Source: Chthonomonadales bacterium (GTDB taxonomy: Bacteria > Armatimonadota > Chthonomonadetes > Chthonomonadales > CAJBBX01). From it: a stretch of DNA of 64,000 nucleotides. The DNA lies in NCBI GenBank assembly GCA_037443035.1, contig JBBIPC010000006.1, positions 129,092 to 193,091 of the forward strand. The letters run 5' to 3'. Below are positions 36,797 through 45,536 of the stretch, in pieces. How positions within the stretch are numbered: the first letter of the stretch is position 1; each line of letters opens with the position of its first letter. A program made the position numbers and the translations under genes. The notes under the pieces were generated by a model, which did no database searches, was not told where the DNA came from, and saw only the letters and a program-made list of their open reading frames with translations.

Positions 36797-39328
36797 TCAA
36801 CGAGATCCTTGCCGCAGCCGCACGAGTGCGTGACTGCCAACCCAACGCACGCTTGGTTCGCCGGCCTTCCGGGACCACGGCAGAGTATACCTGACAGAAG
36901 GGAACAGGTCGAAGCAATTGTCGCGAGTATCCCAGAGTCCGTGAAGATCCACGCAGACTCCCCATGCGAACGCTGTACAGTCCAGCACGATGCCGTCGGC
37001 AGTTCGCTGAAGCGTGACTGGTTCTATCGCCATCTCCAGATCGTGAAATCGCTCCACAAACAGCCGATGCTGGGCCACAATTCGGTCTCCGTCGACGAGC
37101 ATGCCAAATGCTGCAGAGTGACGGGTACCGACAGCCGTCCATGTGGAACGCGGTATCTTGGCGAGTTGGACGGAGCCGTTCGGAGGTAGCTCCACAGCGA
37201 TGTCGTTCGACAGCGGATAACCGCCGGCGAGAAGGAAGATCCCGTAACGCAACGTGCCCGTAAACGGACTAGGACTGTCGTTGACGCCGTACCACGCGAT
37301 TTCGTCCCCTTCTTCCACAACGACCACGACAACCGGCTGGAATGCCCGCCGAACAGGATGATACGCTAGACGCCTTCGCAGGTAGTAGTCCACAATCGTC
37401 CAAGAGTGCGTCGCTGGCCACGAGTCGTTGTACATCCAGAAGATAGCCGACGAGCTGCTGAACATGCGACGGCGGTAGTTCGAGATGTACTCGACAAGTC
37501 CTTCAGCTTGCAACAAACCGCTGAGAAGAGCGTAGTCATCCATAGACTGCTGAAGCGGATCCAGGCCGGTCCAAAATCGGAACGTTTCGTAGGCGCGTCC
37601 TATCTCGCCCGGCCGCGATGCCCGGTAACCGATCGGATTGTCATGATGGACCCAGCTCGGGCTGAGCAGATGCTGTTCGTGTTCGGGCAGAAAGGCTCGC
37701 AGCGTGACTGGCAGACCTGCGCCGAGCACGCCTCCCTCATTGGCAAACCGGTCCACATAGTTGCGGTACCTGTGGAAATCCGCTGGTCCAGGATCCAGTA
37801 TCGAGACACCCCAGGGATGCTGATCACCCGTTGTCGGGTCGTTGGGCGGTGCGTAATCAGCGGACCACGGAGAGCTAGGCCAGTATGGACGTGTGCCGTC
37901 TTCCGCAGCCAGGATGGCAGGAATGTGATGGTGGAACAGCGCATGGTGCGGGGCGACGGGACGGTGCTGGCGATAGCCCCAAGCGTAGTCACCCCAGTCC
38001 ACCTCATTGTTGCCACACCAGACGATGAGGGACGGATGGTGCGCCATGCGGCGAACCGCCTCGGTTACCTCAGCTTCCACCTCGCTGACGAAGGCCGGGT
38101 CATCGCCCGGGTATTTCGCGCATGCAAAGAGGAAGTCGTGCCATAGCATGATCCCGGCTTGGTCGCATGCTTCCAGCAAAGCCTCTGGGGCGAACACTGC
38201 CCCTCCCCAGACGCGCAGTGTGTTGAAGTTCGCGTCGCGAGCGTTCTGAACGAGCTTCTCGTACGTCTCCCGCGATACTTGAGAAGGGAATACACTGGGC
38301 GGAACCCAGTTCGCTCCTTTGCAGAAGACCGGACGCCCGTTGATGTGGATAACGAAGTAGCGTCCGCCTTCTGGATGTGGGGATTGCTCGATGTGCACGC
38401 GACGAAAGGCCGTCTTCCGTCGCACGACTTGTTCGTCGTCGCCGCACCTCAAGACAACTCGAACCTCGTAGAGCCTCTGACTACCTTGACCGGAAGGCCA
38501 CCAGAGTTCTGCGTTGTCAAACGGGAGAGTTACCTCGTGACTTGTCATTGTGGACTCGACTGCGGACTTCACCTCGACCTCATCCGAGACACCTCGCTCC
38601 GGCAGTGAGGCGATCATCCTGGCGCGCAAGTCGTCCGAATGACGCGGCCAGCGCACGAACAAGCGGCAGCGCAGGGAGCCCTGCATGAGGGAGTCATCCA
38701 ACCTGGCGATGACGGAGGCGGAATCGACAAGTGGGATGGTGGAGTGTTCGAGGCGGACGTTGCCCAAGATCCCAACACTCATGAGCCGCGGATTCCAGTC
38801 CCATCCGCACTGGTACTGAGCCTTCCGCAGGAGAGGTCGGCGCGTCATGCGAGCGTAATGATCGAAGCCGTAGGGCGCCACTGGGGTGTCATTGACAGCA
38901 TGTAACCCACTCTCGACCATGACCGCGATGGTGTTCGTGCCGCTTCGGAGCCGGTCGGTGACGTCGAAGACGGCCTTCCGATGCGAGTTAGCATGGCGAC
39001 CGATGACCTGGCCATTGATCCACACCGATGCATCATGCTCCAGCCAGTCGAAGACGAGCCATTGGGACCCCTCTAGAGCATCGTCCGTCAGAACGAATTC
39101 CCTATGGTAGACCCAGAACTGCTCTTCTACCCATCGAGCGCCGAGACTGTTCAGCCCCACGTCTGGGTCGTCGAGGATCCCCGCTTCCATGAGCGCAATA
39201 TGAACCGGTCCGGGAACCCGTGCAGGCAACCACACGTGTCCTCGGGGATTGTCGTGAAGCAGCGCCTCAGGGCCATCCTCCGACCACGATAGCTGCCATA
39301 CGCCGCTCAGATCCAACGTGCCGCGCAT
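36797..39328 (-). CDS. Glycoside hydrolase family 2, beta-mannosidase-like
   Basis: RKAQYQCGWDW, FCKGANWVP, LRVWGG, WHDFLFAC, WCGNNE, FANEG, FWMYNDSWP. Confidence 0.9.
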   Translation of the reverse strand: MRGTLDLSGVWQLSWSEDGPEALLHDNPRGHVWLPARVPGPVHIALMEAGILDDPDVGLNSLGARWVEEQFWVYHREFVLTDDALEGSQWLVFDWLEHDASVWINGQVIGRHANSHRKAVFDVTDRLRSGTNTIAVMVESGLHAVNDTPVAPYGFDHYARMTRRPLLRKAQYQCGWDWNPRLMSVGILGNVRLEHSTIPLVDSASVIARLDDSLMQGSLRCRLFVRWPRHSDDLRARMIASLPERGVSDEVEVKSAVESTMTSHEVTLPFDNAELWWPSGQGSQRLYEVRVVLRCGDDEQVVRRKTAFRRVHIEQSPHPEGGRYFVIHINGRPVFCKGANWVPPSVFPSQVSRETYEKLVQNARDANFNTLRVWGGAVFAPEALLEACDQAGIMLWHDFLFACAKYPGDDPAFVSEVEAEVTEAVRRMAHHPSLIVWCGNNEVDWGDYAWGYRQHRPVAPHHALFHHHIPAILAAEDGTRPYWPSSPWSADYAPPNDPTTGDQHPWGVSILDPGPADFHRYRNYVDRFANEGGVLGAGLPVTLRAFLPEHEQHLLSPSWVHHDNPIGYRASRPGEIGRAYETFRFWTGLDPLQQSMDDYALLSGLLQAEGLVEYISNYRRRMFSSSSAIFWMYNDSWPATHSWTIVDYYLRRRLAYHPVRRAFQPVVVVVVEEGDEIAWYGVNDSPSPFTGTLRYGIFLLAGGYPLSNDIAVELPPNGSVQLAKIPRSTWTAVGTRHSAAFGMLVDGDRIVAQHRLFVERFHDLEMAIEPVTLQRTADGIVLDCTAFAWGVCVDLHGLWDTRDNCFDLFPSVRYTLPWSRKAGEPSVRWVGSHALVRLRQGSR

Positions 39329-39660
39329 GTTGATCCCTCTCCATTCATGTCCGGCGCGCATTCACCAGTGCCATCACGGCATGGCAGCGGTGCCCGGCAC
39401 GCGTATAGTACACTATGGGCTGACGAGCTACGCTGGACGGGAGGATGGTCGCACGGTGGGCATCCCTGCTCAGGATGTCGTCGAAGATTCAGAAGGCCAC
39501 GGGGACAGGGGTTCTGCCCAGGAACCTACATCGCAGTATGCTAAGGGACGAAGTCGGGGTTCTCGCTAGAGGGAGCGACCGGTTGTGGAGCCCTCGAGGA
39601 ATGAGCAGCCCAGCGCTCTTCCTCAAACAGGAGCGTGATCGGGGAGTATGGCTCCGCCAC

Positions 39661-41418
39661 ATGCGGTGGATCGCCCTTCTCACAATGCTTCTGGTGTCCT
39701 CGTTCGGTGGTTACGCGAAGAGAGGACCGACACCGCGTCCGCTCGTCTACCTCGAGGGATCCGACTTCACGGGTGGCGCGGCACAGGTTTTCGGGGGTTT
39801 CTTCTACGGCGCTGGGCCGGTGAACTACGTCTACGCGGTACCCACGGGAACTCGGGCCGTGATGGAGGCAAGCTTCGATCTCGTCGGCGTTCCGTCGGAT
39901 GACCTGTACTTGTATCTCAGGGCCAGAGAAGACGACGCCACGGCCGCATGCCACATCGCCATCGAACTCAACGATGTGCGTATCTACGACGGCCCCAGCG
40001 GTTTCCCTTCTGACGCATGGACCATACATACCTTCCCCGTTCCTGCATCCGCATTTCGAACAGGCACCAACACGCTCAGGATCCGGAATAGGGAAACGGC
40101 GGGAAACCTGGGCATGCCGCCGTGGTTCATGGTCTCCCGCGCGGCCATCGCGCGTGCAGGCTACGTACTTCGGCGCGATATCCAGCGCGACTTCCGGTTC
40201 GAACTACCTAAGACGAAGCGAGCCTTCCCAGAGCCCCTCCCAGCAGGGGCGATGCCCGGGTTCGCCGTTCGGGGCATCAAGGGATGGCTGTGGAGACCGG
40301 AGCAGTATCTTCAGGAGATACCCTGGCTTGCCCGCTGTCGCATGAACTTCCTGATGAACTGCTATGGCAGCATGTGCGACATCGAGCACTACGCTTGGGG
40401 CGATCCGAGAGTGAACCGGTGGTGGGAGCCGCTGCCGGAGCCAAAGAAGCGCGCATTCGAGCGTGTCGTGGCAGCCTGTCACAAGGCAGGCATTGCATAC
40501 TGCTTCAGCATGAACCCGAATTTCTGCACCAACCGCCCAGTGCGGTATGACGCACCAGACGACGTAGCGCTCCTCTGGCAGCACTTTGACTGGATGCAGA
40601 GGCTCGGGGTGCGTTGGTTCAACATCTCGCTGGACGATATCAGTGAGGGAATAGATGCGGCAGGGCAAGCACGTTTGGTGAACACCATCCTCAATCGCCT
40701 GCGGCAGCGCGACCCAGACGTGAAGTTCGTTTTCTGCCCGACCTACTACTGGGGCGATGGTCAGGACCCGGCGGCTCGTGCCTATCTGGAGCGGCTGGCA
40801 CGCGACCTCGATCCTCAGGTGTACCTGTTCTGGACGGGAGATGCCGTCGTCGGTCCCATCACGCGGAAGGCGGCCGAGTCATTCCGTAGGATAGCGAAGC
40901 ACCGCCTCTTTCTGTGGGACAACTACCCTGTCAACGATGCGAACCCTACCATGCACTTGGGGCCAGTTCTGGAACGGGATGCGGACCTGTGTGAAGTCGT
41001 GGATGGATACATGAGCAACTCCATGCACAGTCAGAACGAGATGAACCGCATTCCCATGTTCACCTGCGCAGACTTCGCGTACAACCCGCGTGCGTACGAC
41101 CCAGAGCGGTCTATCGGGCAGGCCATACTGCAGCAGACGGACAAGCAGAAGGGACGGGAACTGCTCCGCGATCTTGTCATAGAGTATCCAGGCTTCCTTG
41201 TGTGGGGCCGGGCAAGCACCGCACTGAACCCTGTTAGGGAGCGCTTCTTGCGTCTCATAGCGATGCCTCATGGCCGTCCAGTGGCTCTGGCGTACGTGGA
41301 ACGGCTCGAGGTGCTGCTGCAACGGATAGAACGCGCCTTCCCGCGACGTTACAATGCCGAGAAACAGACCCTGCGAGAGGATATCCGCGTACTGAAGAAG
41401 CAGCTCGACGCCGACTGA
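39661..41418 (+). CDS. Secreted GH84-like beta-N-acetylglucosaminidase with an N-terminal beta-sandwich domain
   Basis: Signal peptide MRWIALLTMLLVSSFGG; ISLDDI catalytic Asp pair; FCPTYY; WTG; WDNYPVND. Confidence 0.8.
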   Translation: MRWIALLTMLLVSSFGGYAKRGPTPRPLVYLEGSDFTGGAAQVFGGFFYGAGPVNYVYAVPTGTRAVMEASFDLVGVPSDDLYLYLRAREDDATAACHIAIELNDVRIYDGPSGFPSDAWTIHTFPVPASAFRTGTNTLRIRNRETAGNLGMPPWFMVSRAAIARAGYVLRRDIQRDFRFELPKTKRAFPEPLPAGAMPGFAVRGIKGWLWRPEQYLQEIPWLARCRMNFLMNCYGSMCDIEHYAWGDPRVNRWWEPLPEPKKRAFERVVAACHKAGIAYCFSMNPNFCTNRPVRYDAPDDVALLWQHFDWMQRLGVRWFNISLDDISEGIDAAGQARLVNTILNRLRQRDPDVKFVFCPTYYWGDGQDPAARAYLERLARDLDPQVYLFWTGDAVVGPITRKAAESFRRIAKHRLFLWDNYPVNDANPTMHLGPVLERDADLCEVVDGYMSNSMHSQNEMNRIPMFTCADFAYNPRAYDPERSIGQAILQQTDKQKGRELLRDLVIEYPGFLVWGRASTALNPVRERFLRLIAMPHGRPVALAYVERLEVLLQRIERAFPRRYNAEKQTLREDIRVLKKQLDAD

Positions 41419-41549
41419 TACCATCGCTCTCCCAGGGAGCTCTCTCTCGTTGGCGCAGGAACTCGGAGTGCAGTCTGCTGGGCCAGCAGGACGGCCGCGA
41501 GATGACCTCCTCGGTAGCGGTTGGAGCAGCCGTTTCCTGCTCCCTGATA

Positions 41550-41558
41550 TGATACAAT
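41550..41558 (+). promoter_or_regulatory. Extended -10 element upstream of the esterase gene
   Basis: TGATACAAT about 40 nt before the ATG, followed by AAAGGAG. Confidence 0.45.
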
Positions 41559-41597
41559 CCAGCAACTGTACCGAAAGGAGAGGTCGCGGGCATCACC

Positions 41598-42374
41598 ATG
41601 GCCTTGTGTGAACTGCACTACAGGAGCAGCGCTCTCGAGAAGCACACGGCGGCATGCGTCATCTTGCCTGAGGATCCCGGGCTCTCCCCACCTTTCCCCG
41701 TCATGTACCTACTACATGGCTTGTCCGATGACTATACGATCTGGCAGAGACGGACCAGCATCGAACGGTACGTCGAGGGTCTCCCCCTCATCGTGGTCAT
41801 GCCGGACGGTGGACGTGGCTTCTATACCGACGCCGTGGCAGGTTATCGGTACGAGGCTGCAATCCTGGACGACCTGATTCCGTTCATTGACCGAGTGTTT
41901 CCCACGATCGCGAACCGGTCTGGCCGGTGTATCGGGGGACTCTCCATGGGCGGGTACGGTGCTGTGAGGCTTGCATTGCGGCGTCCTGACATGTTCTGCT
42001 CCGCCGTGAGCCATTCGGGAGCGCTCTCCTTCGGTCACGTGACCATCCCCGCCGAAGACCCCCGAGCCGAGGAGTTTCGTCGCATTCTTGGCGACGACCC
42101 GGCAGGGGGCCCCAACGATCTCTTTGCGCTTGCGGAGAAGGTGGATCGAGCGATGATGCCAGCGCTGCGCCTGGATTGCGGTACGGAGGACTTTCTCCTC
42201 GAGCACAATCGGGCGTTTCATGCTCACCTCACGACTCTCGGCATCCCCCATGAGTACGAGGAGTTTCCGGGTGCACATGAGTGGTCCTACTGGGACCTGC
42301 ACGTGCAGGAAGCGATCGAGTTCCACATGCGTGCGCTCACGGGCGCTGTTCCAACCTCGGCGTCGTCAACGTAG
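41598..42374 (+). CDS. Alpha/beta-hydrolase esterase (tributyrin esterase/S-formylglutathione hydrolase-like)
   Basis: YLLHGLSD, GLSMGG nucleophile elbow, DCG.EDFL, GAHEW.YW. Confidence 0.9.
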   Translation: MALCELHYRSSALEKHTAACVILPEDPGLSPPFPVMYLLHGLSDDYTIWQRRTSIERYVEGLPLIVVMPDGGRGFYTDAVAGYRYEAAILDDLIPFIDRVFPTIANRSGRCIGGLSMGGYGAVRLALRRPDMFCSAVSHSGALSFGHVTIPAEDPRAEEFRRILGDDPAGGPNDLFALAEKVDRAMMPALRLDCGTEDFLLEHNRAFHAHLTTLGIPHEYEEFPGAHEWSYWDLHVQEAIEFHMRALTGAVPTSASST

Positions 42375-42399
42375 CGGCAACAGGACGGTGGTACAGGCC

Positions 42400-42906
42400 A
42401 TGTATTCGATCATTGGAGCCGACGGCAAGGAGTACGGACCAGTGAACCTGGAGACCCTGATCCAGTGGGCACGAGAAGGGCGTGTCATCGCGCGTACGAC
42501 GATCCACGACCATACGACGGGACGACGCTTTCTGGCCTGCGATATGCAGGAACTCGCGGCTGTCTTCAGCAACGCCCCCGGAGCCGCTCCACCTGTCGTG
42601 CAGCGGCCTCAGGGGCCAGCGCCCGTATACCGTTACAGCCCCAGTTACCAGGTACCTGTTCCCTTCGCGGCCATGCGTCCCCGACGCAGTCGCACTGTGG
42701 CGGGTGTGCTGGGCATTCTCTTGGGTCCATTCGGCATCCACCGGTATTATCTGGGCTACTCGGGCGTGGGTACTCTCATGCTATGCATTACCCTCTTCAC
42801 ATGCGGTGTTGGTGCTGTACTGACGGGTGTATGGGGCATCATAGAGGGTATCCTCTGCCTCGTCGGAGCCATGACAGACGCCGACGGTCAACCGTTGGGT
42901 GTCTAG
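42400..42906 (+). CDS. GYF_2-like N-terminal domain plus TM2 (NINE) domain membrane protein
   Basis: 'GADGKEYGPV..L..W..EGR'; 'RSRTVAGVLGILLGPFGIHRYYLG', 'WGIIEGI'. Confidence 0.83.
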   Translation: MYSIIGADGKEYGPVNLETLIQWAREGRVIARTTIHDHTTGRRFLACDMQELAAVFSNAPGAAPPVVQRPQGPAPVYRYSPSYQVPVPFAAMRPRRSRTVAGVLGILLGPFGIHRYYLGYSGVGTLMLCITLFTCGVGAVLTGVWGIIEGILCLVGAMTDADGQPLGV

Positions 42907-42942
42907 CCGCTCCCACAATTCCCCACTGGAAAGGACGTATGC

Positions 42943-43839
42943 ATGACTTCTCACGGGGATCTTCCCGTGCGCCCGCTGGGACGTACCGGGTGGCACGCTA
43001 GCGTCATCACTCTCGGCGGAGTGAAATGGGATACACGCTGCACCGAGGATGAAGCCATTGCCATCATCCGGCGCGCCATCGAGCTGGGCATTAACGTGGT
43101 TGACACAGCCCACGGGTACGGCAACGGACAGAGCGAGACGCGACTCGGCCTTGCGTTGGAGGGTCTGCGGGACAGGGTCTTCCTCAGCACTAAGACGTGG
43201 CAGAGGAGCTACGACGATGCCATGCGGGAGATGGAGGAGTCGCTACGGCGACTACGTGTGGATAGGGTGGATCTCATGGTTGTTCATTCCCTTGACGACG
43301 AAGAGGAGTACCGACAGATCATGGCGCGACCAAGTGTGCTGGACGCCATGGAGAGACTTCGCGACGAGGGACTCGTGCGACACATAGGCGTCTCAGGCCA
43401 TTGGGTCAAGCACGTCCTGCAACGTATTATCACGGAGTATCCGTTCGACGCCGTCATCTGCCCCGCGGGGTTGTTCAACGTCGCCTACGGCTACACGTTC
43501 CACGACACGGTGATCGCCACTGCGCGCAATCGCGGCATGGCGGTGCTGGGCATGAAGGTGTTCGGTGCTGGCCGAGTCCGACACGCGCAGAGCATCGAGC
43601 CTTACCTCCGCTATAGCCTGCACCAACCTGTGGATACGCTGATTATCGGTGCCGACAGCGTGACAGATGTCGAGGAGATCGTGAGGATTGCGAGTAGCAG
43701 TCCGCCGCCTCTAGCGCCGGAGGAGGTCGAGGCTCTGCTGCCCGAAGCCATCGCCATTACGCAGGAGTTCGAGCCGGGGGAGTTTCGATGGATCAGCCAC
43801 TATCTCGAGGCTAGAGGGACAACGCAGGACGCTGGCTAG
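42943..43839 (+). CDS. Aldo/keto reductase
   Basis: LGRTG, DTAHGYGNGQSE, LSTK, SLRRL.VD.VDL..VH, IGVSGH, MKV. Confidence 0.9.
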   Translation: MTSHGDLPVRPLGRTGWHASVITLGGVKWDTRCTEDEAIAIIRRAIELGINVVDTAHGYGNGQSETRLGLALEGLRDRVFLSTKTWQRSYDDAMREMEESLRRLRVDRVDLMVVHSLDDEEEYRQIMARPSVLDAMERLRDEGLVRHIGVSGHWVKHVLQRIITEYPFDAVICPAGLFNVAYGYTFHDTVIATARNRGMAVLGMKVFGAGRVRHAQSIEPYLRYSLHQPVDTLIIGADSVTDVEEIVRIASSSPPPLAPEEVEALLPEAIAITQEFEPGEFRWISHYLEARGTTQDAG

Positions 43840-43873
43840 ACTGCGCATCTCCAGATGCACTCTTGGTCACGCT

Positions 43874-43901
43874 TCGGGGTGCGCTGCGAGACGCACCCCG
43901 A
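43874..43901. terminator. Hairpin between convergent AKR and FmdB-like genes
   Basis: TCGGGGTGCG-8 nt-CGCACCCCGA, perfect 10-bp stem. Confidence 0.6.
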
Positions 43902-43932
43902 TGCATAACCTGCTATCCGCTCGTGGAGACCG

Positions 43933-44226
43933 TCAGTCGCTGCAGCCGCCCGACATGCCGCAAGCCGACTTCGAATCGGAGCTCACGGAGCAAGACGGGC
44001 AGGATTCCGCGGAAGAGCCATTCTTGCTGCTGTCTTTGCCGTTGCGCTTTGGACCGTAGTCGTTGACGTGGAATCCAGGACCCTTGAACATGATCCCCAC
44101 GGGATAGACAAGGCGCTTGAGTGGACCTCCGCAGCCATCGTGAACCGTCAACGGTTCATCCGTAATCCGTTGCTGTACTTCGAACTGGGCACGACATCGC
44201 GTACACTCATACCCGTAGGTTGGCAC
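43933..44226 (-). CDS. FmdB-family zinc-ribbon protein
   Basis: PTYGYECTRC...FEV.Q, HDGCGG, FKGPGFHVNDY; GGAGG RBS. Confidence 0.88.
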   Translation of the reverse strand: MPTYGYECTRCRAQFEVQQRITDEPLTVHDGCGGPLKRLVYPVGIMFKGPGFHVNDYGPKRNGKDSSKNGSSAESCPSCSVSSDSKSACGMSGGCSD

Positions 44227-44263
44227 AGAACCACCTCCCGCTTACGAGGATTCCATGACTATG

Positions 44264-44291
44264 ATTATAGCAGACCGTGTTACGTTAGCAA
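44264..44291 (-). promoter_or_regulatory. Sigma70-type promoter of the FmdB-like gene
   Basis: Minus strand TTGCTA-16 nt-TATAAT, with extended -10 TGCTATAAT. Confidence 0.6.
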
Positions 44292-44312
44292 TCGGGTTTA
44301 GGGAGTGCTAAC

Positions 44313-45536
44313 ATGCTCCTCATCGGCCTGATGTCGGGCACGTCCGCGGACGGTGTGGACGCAGTGCTGGCCGAGATCGCAGGGCACGGCCTCGAGACGT
44401 CCGTCCGGCTCGTCGCTCATCGCGCCGAGCCATTCTCGGCTGCGCTACGCGAGGCAATCCTGAGCTCCTGCGAACCCGGCGTTAGCCGCCTGGAGACACT
44501 ATGCGCCCTCGGAACAGCCCTCGGTGATGCATACGCACGTGCGGCCGCCGGAGTTGCCTCTGACGCCGGGATTTCGCTCGAGCGGGTCGAAGCATTGGCT
44601 TGCCATGGGCAGACGATCTGGCATCAGCCCACACCGGTCGAGATCGGTGGTGAGCGTTGGAAAGGTACGATGCAGATCGGTTCGGCTGCTGTGCTTGCAG
44701 CACGAACGGGTGTTCCGGTCGTATCGGACTTCCGCAGCGCCGACATGGCTGCTGGAGGTCAGGGCGCTCCTCTGGTACCCTATGCCGACATGGTTCTCTT
44801 CGCCAGCCGTTATGAAACACGCGCCGTACAGAACATCGGTGGCATCGCCAACGTGACGCATCTGCCGGTTCGGTGCGGCCCTGAAGACATCCTGGCATTC
44901 GACACCGGCCCCGGAAACATGGTGATAGACGAAGTCGTACGCGTCGTGTCACATGGTAGGATGCAGTACGACCGTGACGGTCACTTGGCAGCCCGCGGCA
45001 AGGCTTGCTCTACGGTCGTGGAGCAGATCCTACGGGATGAGCCGTTCTTCGGTGCCGCACCTCCGAAGAGCACAGGACGAGAGCTCTTTGGACGCAGGTT
45101 CGTCCACGATCGCTTCCTGCCGCTCTGCCACGCTGTGGGTCTTTCGGATGTGGATACCGTCGCTACCGCGACTTTGCTGACGGCGCGAAGCATCGCTCGT
45201 GGGTACGAGCAGTGGCTCGAGCCACGTGGGTGGCCGGACGTCGTGATACTCGGGGGCGGTGGTGTGCACAACCCCACATTGGTGGGCATGCTGCGCAAGC
45301 TCCTCGCACCTGCCCGCATCACTTCCCATGCCGAGTTCGGGATTCCCGACAACGCCAAAGAAGCTCTTGCGTTCGCCATCCTGGCCTACGAGACCATCCA
45401 TGGACGCCCTTCGAACATTCCGGCAGCCACGGGTGCCGGGCGGGCAGTGGTGCTCGGTGCCGTTACGCCGTCACCGGACGGACGCTGGCCGGTTGCCGGA
45501 AGGAACGACGCCAAAGAGGGCGATCGTCGTGGCTGA
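44313..45536 (+). CDS. anmK: Anhydro-N-acetylmuramic acid kinase
   Basis: IGLMSGTSADGVD, HGQTIWH, DFRSADMAAGGQGAPLVP, NIGGIAN, FDTGPGN, PKSTGRE, KEALAFA. Confidence 0.96.
   Translation: MLLIGLMSGTSADGVDAVLAEIAGHGLETSVRLVAHRAEPFSAALREAILSSCEPGVSRLETLCALGTALGDAYARAAAGVASDAGISLERVEALACHGQTIWHQPTPVEIGGERWKGTMQIGSAAVLAARTGVPVVSDFRSADMAAGGQGAPLVPYADMVLFASRYETRAVQNIGGIANVTHLPVRCGPEDILAFDTGPGNMVIDEVVRVVSHGRMQYDRDGHLAARGKACSTVVEQILRDEPFFGAAPPKSTGRELFGRRFVHDRFLPLCHAVGLSDVDTVATATLLTARSIARGYEQWLEPRGWPDVVILGGGGVHNPTLVGMLRKLLAPARITSHAEFGIPDNAKEALAFAILAYETIHGRPSNIPAATGAGRAVVLGAVTPSPDGRWPVAGRNDAKEGDRRG

Noticed and set aside
41419..41597. Small hairpins between the GH84-like and esterase genes as a possible ncRNA
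   Set aside because: Short stems are expected at this GC content and there is no recognisable RNA family motif
45259..45528. Long N-terminal extensions in the ORF track for murJ (also gspJ, PilM, PilO, corrinoid, Hcy-MT, ZnuA)
   Set aside because: They overlap upstream genes or intergenic DNA; downstream starts with an RBS or stop/start overlap fit the families better
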